Below are positions 19,084 to 29,214 of a DNA stretch of 64,000 nucleotides, piece by piece. The notes below the pieces were generated by a model. It had not been told where the DNA came from, ran no database searches, and saw only the letters and a program-made list of their open reading frames with translations. Both the position numbers and the translations under genes were made by a program. Every line of letters begins with the position of its first letter. The first letter of the stretch is position 1. Origin of the DNA: Chitinophagaceae bacterium (GTDB taxonomy: Bacteria > Bacteroidota > Bacteroidia > Chitinophagales > Chitinophagaceae); assembly GCA_036846185.1 (NCBI GenBank), contig DAIUCL010000001.1, positions 2,611-66,610 on the forward strand, written 5' to 3'.

Positions 19084-19704
19084 CTAGCTAGCAGGGACGA
19101 TCAGCGCTTCGAGTTCGGATATAATCATTGCAGTAGCCCCCCATATACACAAATCATCACTTAGCTCATAAGCAGGAGTTTCTATCCAGTCTGAAGGATT
19201 CGATCGGGGTTGTACGCGCGCTTGTGTTTTGGTTTCGGGAAGAAACAATAATTCCAACGGAACTTGGATGATTTCAGCCACTTCTTTTTCGGAAGCTTTG
19301 AATTGTTGTAAGGTATTGATATACCCTACGATAGGCTCTACCCAAAAATTGCTTGGAGGAATATACAAACCACTCAACGATCCCACGATGGTGATGTCTT
19401 GTCGGCGAACGCCTATCTCTTCTTCACATTCCCTGATAGCTGTCTGCACTAGCGACTGATCAAACTTCTCCATTTTACCACCGGGGAAACTAATTTGTCC
19501 ACTATGAGTTCTTCCATCTTGTGTACGACGTATGAGAATGGTGTTCCATTTTTTGTCGATGTCAAACAATAATACCATCACAGCACTTCGTATAGCATTA
19601 TCCGGTGGATTGAGTGTAAGCTGCCTACCTGCTGGTATCATTCGCCTATGAGCGCTACTCCCCGGCAACTCACTCTGTAGCTTAATCTGCAATTCTTCTA
19701 TCAT
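19084..19704 (-). CDS. NUDIX hydrolase (CoA pyrophosphatase-like)
   Basis: 206 aa. Nudix box is GGKMEKFDQSLVQTAIRECEEEIG. Confidence 0.85.
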   Translation of the reverse strand: MIEELQIKLQSELPGSSAHRRMIPAGRQLTLNPPDNAIRSAVMVLLFDIDKKWNTILIRRTQDGRTHSGQISFPGGKMEKFDQSLVQTAIRECEEEIGVRRQDITIVGSLSGLYIPPSNFWVEPIVGYINTLQQFKASEKEVAEIIQVPLELLFLPETKTQARVQPRSNPSDWIETPAYELSDDLCIWGATAMIISELEALIVPAS

Positions 19705-21116
19705 ACTAATTCTGAGGGTTTGAGTGTAAGCAATACGACATTTTCGATGTGGTGAGTGTGTGGAAACATATCTACTGCTTGCGAAAGAGCAATATTATAC
19801 AACTCACTAAGCTGCCTTAAATCTCTAGCCTGAGTAGCAGGATTACAACTCACATACACCATGCGTGGAGCACGTATTTCAAGCAACTTCTGCAATAATT
19901 TGTCGTGACATCCTGCCCGCGGGGGATCTATAATTATTATATCGGGCTTTCCATGCTTAGCAAAAAATGCATCATCACATATATGAATCACATCTCCTGC
20001 CACAAAATGCGTATTTTGAAGCTGATTCAATTCCGCATTACGCTTAGCATCTTCGATAGCATCCGCTACTGTCTCTACCCCTATTATTTTCTGAACTACA
20101 TCTGACAAAAAAATACCAATGCTACCGGTACCACAATACAAATCATATAACACCTCATGCCCTTTACATTGTGCAAACTCTTTGACTACTGAATACAATA
20201 CTTCTGCCTGTAGGCTATTTGTTTGAAAAAAAGATTTGGGACTTATATGATATCGAAATTTACCTAGTGATTCTTCTATATAGGGAAGCCCTTTGAATGA
20301 GATTACGTCCAAATCATAGATAGAATCATTCAATTTGGTATTAATGGTATACTGCAAAGAGGTAATTTCCGGAAACTGATTAGAGAGTGCACTAAGCAAT
20401 GGCTCTAAGGTATCCATATCACGTTCTGCTACAATCAGATTGACCATCACTTGCCCATTTTGGGTACGCCGAATTACTAGATTTCGCAAAAAGCCCTTGT
20501 GAGCTCTTATATCGTAGAAAGGAATTTCATGTTTGGACGCATACTCTCTCAGAAAATTTTTTATCGCATTGGTAGGTTCATGTTGCAAATGACAGGTATC
20601 GATATCTATTACTTTATCAAAAAAAGTAGGTGCATGAAAACCCAATACATTTTTTTCTGTTGGCATATCAGACTGCAACATGTCAGCAGGGATATATTGC
20701 TTGGTCGAGAAGGTAAACTCCACCTTGTTGCGATAGTAATACTGCTCATCGCAAGCTAGGATAGGTAAATAGGTAAGTACCTCTACGTGACCGATACGTC
20801 GGAGTTGATCTTTTACTTGCTGCTCTTTGTACTGAAGCTGTTTATCATAAGGAAGCATTTGCCATTTACACCCTCCACATACACCAAAGTGAGCACACAA
20901 ACTCTCCACTCTATCGGAAGAATGTTGATTTATCCTATTTACTTTAGCTTCAGCCCAGTCTTTTTTGTTTTTGTACACAAATATATCAGCAACATCACCC
21001 GGCACTGCTCCTTCTACAAAGATGACTTTATCATCGACTCTTGCTATGCACTTGCCCTCTGCAGCGTAGGACTCGATAAAAACATTTTGAAGAACAAATT
21101 TTTTTCTTTTTGCCAT
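19701..21116 (-). CDS. rlmD: 23S rRNA (uracil-5-)-methyltransferase RlmD/RumA family
   Basis: 471 aa. Has an N-terminal TRAM domain, the Fe-S cysteines CAHFGVCGGCKWQ, the SAM motif DLYCGTGSIG, DPPRAGC and the catalytic SCNP. Confidence 0.88.
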   Translation of the reverse strand: MAKRKKFVLQNVFIESYAAEGKCIARVDDKVIFVEGAVPGDVADIFVYKNKKDWAEAKVNRINQHSSDRVESLCAHFGVCGGCKWQMLPYDKQLQYKEQQVKDQLRRIGHVEVLTYLPILACDEQYYYRNKVEFTFSTKQYIPADMLQSDMPTEKNVLGFHAPTFFDKVIDIDTCHLQHEPTNAIKNFLREYASKHEIPFYDIRAHKGFLRNLVIRRTQNGQVMVNLIVAERDMDTLEPLLSALSNQFPEITSLQYTINTKLNDSIYDLDVISFKGLPYIEESLGKFRYHISPKSFFQTNSLQAEVLYSVVKEFAQCKGHEVLYDLYCGTGSIGIFLSDVVQKIIGVETVADAIEDAKRNAELNQLQNTHFVAGDVIHICDDAFFAKHGKPDIIIIDPPRAGCHDKLLQKLLEIRAPRMVYVSCNPATQARDLRQLSELYNIALSQAVDMFPHTHHIENVVLLTLKPSELV

Positions 21117-21162
21117 GTTAAAAAAAGCCTGAGGGCTTAGATTTTGTTGTGTTAAAGTGCTG

Positions 21163-21170
21163 CAAATGTA
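21163..21170 (-). promoter_or_regulatory. Bacteroidota -7 box upstream of rlmD
   Basis: The plus strand CAAATGTA is TACATTTG on the minus strand, 47 nt from the start at 21116. Confidence 0.4.
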
Positions 21171-21240
21171 ATAACTTCATCGTTTTCAACTACGTCTTGA
21201 ATGTGTAATTTCGTTCGAATATTAAAATTAAACACTCCCA

Positions 21241-22686
21241 ATGAATAAATTAAGCGTCATAATAGCGATTTGCATGAGTCTAACAACAGCTTTATGTGCA
21301 AAAGATGGCTACACCATTAGAGTAAAATTTACGGATGCGCAAGATTCTTTGGTATACCTCTGTCACTATTTTGGTAAAAATACCACCGTATTCAAAGACG
21401 ACTCTGTTCGACTATCATCCAAAGGGGAGGCTACCTTCATCTCAGACAAAAAAATCACTGGTGGTGTCTATATGCTCTTATTTGCTGATAAGTCTGCATC
21501 GATGGAGATGATACTTCTTAATGGAGATAACTTTTCTATTGAACTGAGCAAGCGCGACCCATACAATACGGCGAAGATCAGTGGCAAAACGGAAAATATT
21601 GCTTTTTACGACTATCAGCGATTTCTATCGAAATATGGAAGAGAATATCAAATGCTAGAATCCGGACTTGCGACGGCAAAAAATAAATCCGACTCAACGG
21701 CTGTGTATGACAAACTTAAATCAAAATCAAAAGAATTAATCAATTACCGAAACGATGTAGCTGCCAAAAACCCCAATTCTTTTCTGAAAAAACTATTCGA
21801 TGCGGTAGAAGAGCCGGAAATACCCACCGAACTCCCCACTTTGCCCGACGGGAGCAAAGACTCCAGCTATCCCAGAATTTTTTACAAAACTCACTATTGG
21901 GATAAGTATGACTTTAGAGATGATCGATTAATTTTCACCCCTATTTATGAGCGAAAACTAGACGATTATCTTACCAAATTGGTCATTCCGGTGCCCGACT
22001 CTGTAGAAGCAGAAGCAGATATCTTACTTGCTAAAAGTAAAGGAATGGAAGAAACCTTCAAGTATACACTCTGGTATCTGACTCGTTGGTCAGAAACCAG
22101 CAAAATAATGGGTATGGATGAAGCCTTTGTATATCTGGTAGAGAACTATTACATGAAAGGCTTAGCTACGTGGATAGATTCTGCTCAACTTGAAAAATAT
22201 ATCAAAAGAGCCCGAGAAATAGCACCTAATATGATAGGCCAACCAGCCATGGATCTTCGCATGCTTGATACCACGGGCAAAAATGTAGTGCCACTAAGTA
22301 GCGTAAAAGCAGATTATACTGTATTGATCTTTTGGTCGCCCGACTGTGGTCATTGCAAGAAAGAAATACCCCAGTTCGACTCACTCTATCATGCTGCCCT
22401 AAAAAAGTATAACGTAAAAATGTATGCCGTAGATGCTGATTTGGAAACCGAAAAATGGAAAACATTTATCAAAGACAATAAGCTGGGCGAAGGATGGATT
22501 CATGTTCACGACCCCAATAGAACTACTAATTTCAGAGCGTTCTACGATGTTTACAGTACGCCTACCATCTACTTGCTCGACGACAAAAAAGTGATTCGCG
22601 GCAAACGAATTGATCATAATAATCTATTAGGCTTGATTGAATGGCTTGACAAGAAAAAAAAGAATGAAGCCTCCGGCAAAAAATAA
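21241..22686 (+). CDS. Thioredoxin-like lipoprotein (DUF4369/DUF5106-like N-terminus + TlpA-like domain)
   Basis: 481 aa with a signal peptide ending LC. The C-terminal thioredoxin fold has the variant active site SPDCGHC. Confidence 0.8.
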   Translation: MNKLSVIIAICMSLTTALCAKDGYTIRVKFTDAQDSLVYLCHYFGKNTTVFKDDSVRLSSKGEATFISDKKITGGVYMLLFADKSASMEMILLNGDNFSIELSKRDPYNTAKISGKTENIAFYDYQRFLSKYGREYQMLESGLATAKNKSDSTAVYDKLKSKSKELINYRNDVAAKNPNSFLKKLFDAVEEPEIPTELPTLPDGSKDSSYPRIFYKTHYWDKYDFRDDRLIFTPIYERKLDDYLTKLVIPVPDSVEAEADILLAKSKGMEETFKYTLWYLTRWSETSKIMGMDEAFVYLVENYYMKGLATWIDSAQLEKYIKRAREIAPNMIGQPAMDLRMLDTTGKNVVPLSSVKADYTVLIFWSPDCGHCKKEIPQFDSLYHAALKKYNVKMYAVDADLETEKWKTFIKDNKLGEGWIHVHDPNRTTNFRAFYDVYSTPTIYLLDDKKVIRGKRIDHNNLLGLIEWLDKKKKNEASGKK

Positions 22687-22700
22687 AAGTCAATTCATAA

Positions 22701-22732
22701 TTAGCGTCGTAAATTTGCGGCGCTAATTTTTT
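22701..22732 (+). terminator. Rho-independent terminator after the thioredoxin-like gene
   Basis: TTAGCGTCG-TAAATTTG-CGGCGCTAA is followed by TTTTTT. Confidence 0.6.
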
Positions 22733-22758
22733 ATAATTAATAAACACAAATAATTGGT

Positions 22759-24732
22759 ATGAAGAAATGGTCTTTCTTGTTATTAGGCGTTTTGGTGATC
22801 AATACACACAAAGTATTTGCACAAAAAACATCAGATCCTGTTTTGTTCACTTACGGCAATGCCAAAGTACACAAATCCGAGTTTTTGAGGATGTATACGA
22901 AAAACATAAATAATCAAAAACCTGATTTTAGCGAAAAAGCATTAAGAGAATATTTGACCCTATACAGTCGTTTCAAGATGAAAGTGGCAGAAGCTGAAGG
23001 GCTTCGTATGGATACACTCTCATCCGTTGAATCCGAATTAGGCACCTACAAAAAACAACTCGCCAAAACCTACCTCGCAGACTCAGAAGTGACAGACAAA
23101 TTGGTGAAAGAAGCTTATGATCGCATGAAAAAAGATGTGAGAGTATCTCATATACTGCTCAATATGCCTCGAAATACAGACGATACGGCAGTAGTGTTTA
23201 ATAAAATAGATAGCATCTACAAGGCACTTCAAAAAGGAGCTGACTTTGCTTCAATTGCTCGCGCTATGAGCGACGACAAACCATCGGCTTCCAAAGGAGG
23301 CGATGTAGGTTTCTTTACCGGCATGCAAATACCCTCCTATCCATTCGAAACGGCCGCATACGCCACTCCTTTAGGGAGTTTTTCAAAACCGTTTCGTACC
23401 GTATTTGGCTACCATATTATCAAAAAAACAGACGAGCGTGCCGCCCGAGGAGAAATTCAGGTTTCACAGATTATGATTAATGTGAAAAAAAGTGACGGCG
23501 ATGAAGGAGATAAAGCGGGCAAAAGCAAAATAGATTCTATACTCACCGCCCTTAAAAAAGGTGCCAATTTCGAAGAAATGGTAGAATTGTACTCAGATGA
23601 CAAGTACTCGAAAAATACCAAAGGGCTTCTTTCCACATTCGGCGTAGGACAAATGGTACCAGAGTTTGAAGATGCTGCATTTGCACTCAAAAAAGCGGGA
23701 GACCTCTCTGCTCCTGTAAAAACAGAATTTGGCTACCACATCATTAAACTCGTTAGCAAAACACCTCTAAGAGCATTTGACTCCATCAAAACCGATATCA
23801 AAAAGAAGGTAGAAAAAGACGGTCGTATGGAAATAGCCAGAGAACAATATATTTATAAACTTAAAGAAAAATTTAAATATAAAGAAGATACCAAAGCTAT
23901 TACAGACTTAATCAATGCGATACCAGATAGCTCTCTTCGTAATGGAACATTTAAGGGTCAAGATTATGCCAAGTTCAACAAAAATGTATTTGAAATTTTT
24001 GGGAATACAAGCTTTACTCAAGCTGATTTTGCCAACTACATTCAAGACTACACCCGCGGCAAAATATATGGGCCTAAAGAACCTACGCTGAGATCACTAT
24101 TAAAAAACTATGCTGAGAAGGCTCTCATAGATATTCAAGAAAATAAGCTGATTGACGAAAATGAAGAATATAGAAGCCTGTTGACTGAGTACCGCGATGG
24201 CATAATGCTGTTTGAGCTTACTGACCGCAACGTATGGAATAAAGCTTCTTCAGACTCTGCCGGTCTAGAAGCCTTTTACAATACTCGAAAAGATAAATAT
24301 ACTTGGCCTCCATCAGTAAAGGGTGTGATATACAAAGCAATGGATGAAGAATACATCAAGCGAGTAGCTAGCGCTTTAGCCAGCCCTGCAAGCAATGGAT
24401 CGCCCGACGAAGTGATAAAAAGTGCTAACGGCGACGGAGTCCAAAATAAAGTATTTTATGAATCCGGCAAATTTGAACGTAGCCGCTTCCCTGCCGGCTT
24501 GAAAATGATGAATGGCAAACCCACACAACACTTCAAAAATGAAGATGGCAGCTATACGATCATTGATGTAAAAGAAGTATTTGACCAACCCACTCCAAAA
24601 ACTCTTGCCGAAGCCAGAGGCTATGTAATCTCTGAATACCAGGAATATCTAGAAAAAAAATGGATCAGTGATTTGGAAGCAAAATATCCGGTAACTGTCA
24701 ACGAAGCTACTTTCAAAACTATGGTTAAATAG
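22759..24732 (+). CDS. Periplasmic peptidyl-prolyl isomerase, SurA/PpiD-like with parvulin domains
   Basis: 657 aa with a signal peptide. Two parvulin blocks are present (GGDVGFF...FGYHIIK and FGVGQMVPEFE...FGYHIIK). Confidence 0.85.
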   Translation: MKKWSFLLLGVLVINTHKVFAQKTSDPVLFTYGNAKVHKSEFLRMYTKNINNQKPDFSEKALREYLTLYSRFKMKVAEAEGLRMDTLSSVESELGTYKKQLAKTYLADSEVTDKLVKEAYDRMKKDVRVSHILLNMPRNTDDTAVVFNKIDSIYKALQKGADFASIARAMSDDKPSASKGGDVGFFTGMQIPSYPFETAAYATPLGSFSKPFRTVFGYHIIKKTDERAARGEIQVSQIMINVKKSDGDEGDKAGKSKIDSILTALKKGANFEEMVELYSDDKYSKNTKGLLSTFGVGQMVPEFEDAAFALKKAGDLSAPVKTEFGYHIIKLVSKTPLRAFDSIKTDIKKKVEKDGRMEIAREQYIYKLKEKFKYKEDTKAITDLINAIPDSSLRNGTFKGQDYAKFNKNVFEIFGNTSFTQADFANYIQDYTRGKIYGPKEPTLRSLLKNYAEKALIDIQENKLIDENEEYRSLLTEYRDGIMLFELTDRNVWNKASSDSAGLEAFYNTRKDKYTWPPSVKGVIYKAMDEEYIKRVASALASPASNGSPDEVIKSANGDGVQNKVFYESGKFERSRFPAGLKMMNGKPTQHFKNEDGSYTIIDVKEVFDQPTPKTLAEARGYVISEYQEYLEKKWISDLEAKYPVTVNEATFKTMVK

Positions 24733-24873
24733 CACCCCTTATATAATTGTCAAGATTCCAATGGACAGTATTACCTTCTGTTTCATCCATTGGTCATCAT
24801 ACAAAGCCTTATTTTAACTATATTTTTCATTTTTTTTAACTCCTGCCTCTGTGTAGGAGTTTTCTTTTATGGC

Positions 24874-24881
24874 TACTTTTG
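24874..24881 (+). promoter_or_regulatory. Bacteroidota -7 box upstream of the PDZ protein gene
   Basis: TACTTTTG lies 17 nt before the ATG at 24899. Confidence 0.5.
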
Positions 24882-24898
24882 AATTGATAATATATTTT

Positions 24899-25855
24899 AT
24901 GAAAAAGCTACTCTTACTCTGTTTGACTACAGCATGCTCGCATGTAGTAGCTGTGGCTCAATCTTCTAAAGACAATTCTCCATCTACTCGAGGCAACTCC
25001 ACCACTATCGAAATAAGAGATGGTGAGGTATTTCTGAATGGCGAAAAAGTGAAGCCAGATGAGAATAGCAATGGCAATAGTTTTTTTCAGAAAAAAATAA
25101 TCATCAATGGCAAGGATGTCACTGATCAGTTTTCTGACGAAAAAATAACAATGCCCTGGTCAGACATGGATGGCGCCGTGAGTCAGAAGCCTATGTTGGG
25201 CGTCAATACCAAAGCAAGCAAAAATAATGATGGGGCCGAAATCGAAAGTATTGTACCCGGATCACCAGCAGATAAATATGGACTAAAAGCCGGAGACGTC
25301 ATTACTCGAGTGGGCACAAAAAATATTTACTCCCCTCAGGATTTGGTCGAGGCCATAGGATCCTACAAAGCCGGCGATAAAGTGGATGTGACCTTTGAGC
25401 GTGGCGCTGACTTTCTGACCAAAAATGTAGAATTGAGTCATCGAAATGACGGATTCACCATGCGCAGTACCATCCCTCTCGACCCACAAGAGTTTTTTAA
25501 AGATTTTGATAAGTTGTTTCCTTTTTCAGGAGAAAGAGAGATCCCTTTTAGAGCGCTGAATAGTGCAAACAATAATTCGGTAAAGATAGGCGTTAGTGTA
25601 GAAGACAGAGCGGATGGAGATGGAGTCTATGTATACGAAGTAGAAACCAACTCTGCTGCCGACAAAGCCGGTATCAAACAAGGTGACGTACTTCTCCGAT
25701 TCGGTACTAAAGCGATCGGCAATGTAGATGAACTGATGGAGGCGATAAAATCGCAACAAGGTGCTGAGAAAGTAAAGGCTGAACTGTCGAGAAACGGTCA
25801 GAAAAAATCGGTGGAAGTAACAATACCGAAGCAACTCAAAAAAAGACAATTGTAG
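24899..25855 (+). CDS. PDZ domain-containing secreted protein
   Basis: ORF 24869-25855. The start at 24899 (MKKLLLLCLTTAC) follows a TACTTTTG -7 box at 24874-24881. Two PDZ-like blocks are present (GSPADKYGLKAGDVI, NSAADKAGIKQGDVL). Confidence 0.75.
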   Translation: MKKLLLLCLTTACSHVVAVAQSSKDNSPSTRGNSTTIEIRDGEVFLNGEKVKPDENSNGNSFFQKKIIINGKDVTDQFSDEKITMPWSDMDGAVSQKPMLGVNTKASKNNDGAEIESIVPGSPADKYGLKAGDVITRVGTKNIYSPQDLVEAIGSYKAGDKVDVTFERGADFLTKNVELSHRNDGFTMRSTIPLDPQEFFKDFDKLFPFSGEREIPFRALNSANNNSVKIGVSVEDRADGDGVYVYEVETNSAADKAGIKQGDVLLRFGTKAIGNVDELMEAIKSQQGAEKVKAELSRNGQKKSVEVTIPKQLKKRQL

Positions 25856-25891
25856 TATCATAAATTTTGTTTTCATGGTTGGTTTATTTAC

Positions 25892-25925
25892 GGGCATCCT
25901 ATTCTTAGGATGCCCTAATTTTTTC
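25892..25925 (+). terminator. Rho-independent terminator after the PDZ protein gene
   Basis: GGGCATCC-TATTCTTA-GGATGCCC is followed by TAATTTTTT. Confidence 0.7.
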
Positions 25926-25930
25926 TCTTT

Positions 25931-26057
25931 GCTCAAGAATGAATAAGACGATGAATACTAGCCGGGATCGCAGCGGCATCCTCTTGTGCCTCATAAGGCA
26001 CAAGAGATATAGCGAAGAGCCCGTGGTGGTTCAATAGACATTCTTGCGATGAGCTCC
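25931..26057 (-). repeat. Family A repeat, copy A2
   Basis: The reverse complement matches A1: CTAGCCGGGATCGCAGCGGCATCCTCTTGTGCC-TCATAA-GGCACAAGAGATATAGCGAAGAGCCCG...GATGAGCTCC. Confidence 0.88.
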
Positions 26058-26156
26058 CATGTTATTTGGGCTATTGCGATGCCATACTTTTGACATAAAA
26101 ATACGGTGTCTCTCTATCACTATATTATTCGCATTCTTTTGATAATGTCTACTACT

Positions 26157-26164
26157 TATCTTTG
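26157..26164 (+). promoter_or_regulatory. Bacteroidota -7 box upstream of the thiolase gene
   Basis: TATCTTTG lies 18 nt before the ATG at 26183. Confidence 0.5.
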
Positions 26165-26182
26165 TGGCATCAAACATACTTT

Positions 26183-27385
26183 ATGCAAAAAGCGTATATC
26201 ATAGATGCACTCCGTACTCCAATTGGAAAATATGGCGGCAGCCTAAGCTCTATCCGACCGGATGACCTATTGGCCAATGTATTGAAAGGAATATTGCATC
26301 GCAATGAAGCGATAGATATGAATAGCATCGAAGACGTAATCGCCGGCTGTGCGAATCAAGCGGGCGAAGACAATAGAGATGTGGCTCGTATGGCACTCTT
26401 ACTGGCCGGACTACCCATCACTGTGGGAGGCAATACCGTGAATAGATTATGCGCTTCGGGCTTGCAAGCAATAATGGACTCGGCAAGAGCTATTATGTGT
26501 GGTGATGGCGATGTAATAATCGCTTCGGGCGTGGAAAGCATGTCGCGTGCACCCTTTGTGATGGGCAAAAGCGATAGCCCATTTAGCCGAAAAGCAGAAA
26601 TCTTTGATACGACTATTGGCTGGCGATTTATCAACCCGGCTTTGTCTAAACTTTATCACCCCTACAGCATGGGCGAAACAGCCGAAAATGTAGCAGACCG
26701 CTGGAAAATATCACGCGAACAACAAGATCTATTTGCATACCAAAGTCAACTAAAATATGTAGAAGCCGACAAACTAAATCGATTTGCAGATGAACTCCTC
26801 AGTGTGGAAATAGACTTAGGAAAAGGAAAAAAAATAATGTTTGAAAAAGACGAACATCCCCGCTTAACCGCCGTAGAAAAACTGGGCGAACTAAAACCTG
26901 CTTTCAAAAAAGAGGGCACCGTTACAGCAGGTAATGCCTCCGGTGTGAATGATGGAGCTGCCGCCATGATACTGGCAGGTGAGCATGCGCTCAAGCAATT
27001 CGATTTGCAGCCGATGGCAAGTATCAAGAGTATGGCCATAGCCGGGCTCGACCCCTCCATAATGGGTATAGGACCTGTACCTGCTACACAAAAAGCCCTT
27101 AAACGGGCAGGTATGCGTATGCAAGATATAGGGCTTGTAGAGCTCAATGAAGCATTTGCCTCCCAAAGTATCGCCTGTATACAAGAACTCCATATTGACC
27201 CCAGCATCGTCAATGTGAATGGTGGTGCTATCGCTCTCGGGCATCCATTGGGCTGTAGTGGCGTGAGAATATCCACGACCCTGCTACACGAAATGCGCAA
27301 ACGCAAAGTACGATATGGCTTAGCTACCATGTGTATAGGTGTAGGGCAAGGGGCTGCTATAGTTTACGAAAATCTCGACCTGTAA
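26183..27385 (+). CDS. Acetyl-CoA C-acyltransferase (thiolase)
   Basis: ORF 26162-27385. The ATG at 26183 (MQKAYIIDALRTPIGKYGG) lies 19 nt after TATCTTTG at 26157-26164. The active-site NRLCASGLQA and NGGAIALGHPLGCSG blocks are present. Confidence 0.93.
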   Translation: MQKAYIIDALRTPIGKYGGSLSSIRPDDLLANVLKGILHRNEAIDMNSIEDVIAGCANQAGEDNRDVARMALLLAGLPITVGGNTVNRLCASGLQAIMDSARAIMCGDGDVIIASGVESMSRAPFVMGKSDSPFSRKAEIFDTTIGWRFINPALSKLYHPYSMGETAENVADRWKISREQQDLFAYQSQLKYVEADKLNRFADELLSVEIDLGKGKKIMFEKDEHPRLTAVEKLGELKPAFKKEGTVTAGNASGVNDGAAAMILAGEHALKQFDLQPMASIKSMAIAGLDPSIMGIGPVPATQKALKRAGMRMQDIGLVELNEAFASQSIACIQELHIDPSIVNVNGGAIALGHPLGCSGVRISTTLLHEMRKRKVRYGLATMCIGVGQGAAIVYENLDL

Positions 27386-27392
27386 GATACCT

Positions 27393-28286
27393 ATGACATT
27401 GTTGTCGCGAAAAGATCCTCGTACACTCTATGTAGGCATTGTGATGAGTATGATTACCTGGGGAGTAAGTTGGCCTAGTGCCAAGGTACTCTCACGCTAT
27501 GGCGCACCCATCGATATTGCCTTTATCCGCTTCATTGGTACTTTTATTGGCGTAGGATTTCTACTACGCATCATCGGTATACCGCTACGCATTTCGCCAA
27601 AAGGCTTTCCTTCATTACTGTGGGCATCGGTATTGATGTCCTCTTATAGCCTATTATTTTTTACAGGAATTCTAAAAGGTATGCCCGGCGCAGGAGGCGT
27701 ATTAGTCACAACCATGACTCCTCTTGTCACTTTTCTGTTTGCAGTCATACTATCTGCACGCAAGCTTTCATCACAAGAGATGCTAGGCTTATTCATAGGG
27801 CTCGTGGCTGCATTTTTCTTACTTCACCTATGGGAGCAATTCGATAAAATACTTAACTCCGGCAATCTATATTTTATAGGCAGCACCTTGGTGTGGGCGA
27901 TATTGAGTAGGCACACGTCCCGATCGGCACAGTTTGGCTCACCCTTATCCTTCAGCTTTTGGATGTACGGCCTATCCATTCTTATGTTATACGTTTGGGT
28001 TGACAACCAAAATATCATTAAAATTCTACAATCAGGCGATTCACTATTTTGGTATAATCTATTATTCAACGCAGTAGTCAACACTGGTATGGCCACGACC
28101 TTTTACTTCTATGCCACCTCTCGCTTAGGTGCCGAAAAGACCAGTAGCTTTATCTACATCGTACCCTTTGCCGCTGCCGTATCATCCCTAGTACTCTTGG
28201 GCGAAACCATCCTTTGGAATACCATCGTAGGTGGCCTACTCGGACTAGCTGCCGTGTGGATGATCAATCGAAAAAAACGTATCTAA
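27393..28286 (+). CDS. EamA/DMT-family transporter
   Basis: 297 aa with about ten hydrophobic helices in two EamA-like halves. Confidence 0.85.
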   Translation: MTLLSRKDPRTLYVGIVMSMITWGVSWPSAKVLSRYGAPIDIAFIRFIGTFIGVGFLLRIIGIPLRISPKGFPSLLWASVLMSSYSLLFFTGILKGMPGAGGVLVTTMTPLVTFLFAVILSARKLSSQEMLGLFIGLVAAFFLLHLWEQFDKILNSGNLYFIGSTLVWAILSRHTSRSAQFGSPLSFSFWMYGLSILMLYVWVDNQNIIKILQSGDSLFWYNLLFNAVVNTGMATTFYFYATSRLGAEKTSSFIYIVPFAAAVSSLVLLGETILWNTIVGGLLGLAAVWMINRKKRI

Positions 28287-28304
28287 ACCTTTATTAATAA
28301 ATTT

Positions 28305-28447
28305 GGGAGACCAACTCACAAACACTCTTCGTCCACCTCTTGCCATACGCTTGTATCTAGCGGCTCCATCGCCTCACACCCTACGCACTGCCACTAGGAT
28401 ACCGCTGCTGTCAAGTCTAGTTGGCATCGTCTTATTCATTATTCATC
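28305..28447 (+). repeat. Family A repeat, copy A6 (degenerate)
   Basis: Retains ACGCTTGTATCTA, AGGATACCGCTGCTGTCAAGTCTAG and the GCATCGTCTTATTCATTATTCATCC tail. The central hairpin is disrupted. Confidence 0.6.
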
Positions 28448-28581
28448 CATCTGTAAATCATACCTACAGACTCACAATATAATATCCATAAAGTAACCCA
28501 TCCGATCTCAAAAACAGAAGATACATTTCTTCTGTTATCTCTGGACATAAGATAAAGAAAACAAACTGAAAATGTAAAAGA

Positions 28582-29052
28582 TTAAAACCAACTATAACCT
28601 GCAAACTGAGCCCTAAATGGCCAAGGAATTGACGCAAGAATTATTATGAGCGCTATGCCATAAAACAATAAAATCGAACGATGCCTAGCCACATCCGAAC
28701 TTCCTTTTTTGATCTTGCTACGGCCAATATGTACAAGAATAATAGCAATCAACATCATCAAAATGTGCTCTACGGCAAAAAAACGAAGTACACTATTCTT
28801 CATCACTTCTGCCACTGCCCTCAACCTTAGATTATTAAAACCCAAGTCGCCCACAAAATATAAAATCAACCCTAAGGTCAATTGCAAATCACAGCTCATC
28901 ATCGCCCATAATGACGCCTTGTCATCTGACTGATCAAACTTTCGCTTACCCAAAAATCCAAGCAAAGCACGTAATACGGCATACACCAACGTGATTAATA
29001 CTGCATAGCGTAATAGGCTATGAGCCGATTTGAGCCAAGATAACCATTCCAT
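28582..29052 (-). CDS. Hypothetical integral membrane protein
   Basis: ORF 28582-29085, with a likely start at MEWLSWLKSAH (29052). Has four hydrophobic helices and no named family. Confidence 0.6.
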   Translation of the reverse strand: MEWLSWLKSAHSLLRYAVLITLVYAVLRALLGFLGKRKFDQSDDKASLWAMMSCDLQLTLGLILYFVGDLGFNNLRLRAVAEVMKNSVLRFFAVEHILMMLIAIILVHIGRSKIKKGSSDVARHRSILLFYGIALIIILASIPWPFRAQFAGYSWF

Positions 29053-29214
29053 AATTTGATAATTTAAGGGAGTGCAAAGATACACGTATTATTCACTTCA
29101 CCAACTCTTAACTTTTCCCCCATTGGTTGATTAAATATTCTATAATTTATATCATTCAGAGAGGTTTGTACGTAAGTTTGAATTAATTTTACAAAACATC
29201 GTAAACTGATACAT

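Noticed and set aside
26356-27330. Antisense ORFs inside the thiolase gene (up to 194 aa).
   Set aside because: These are shadow ORFs with Ser/Pro/Ala-rich low-complexity translation. The plus-strand thiolase has all its catalytic blocks.
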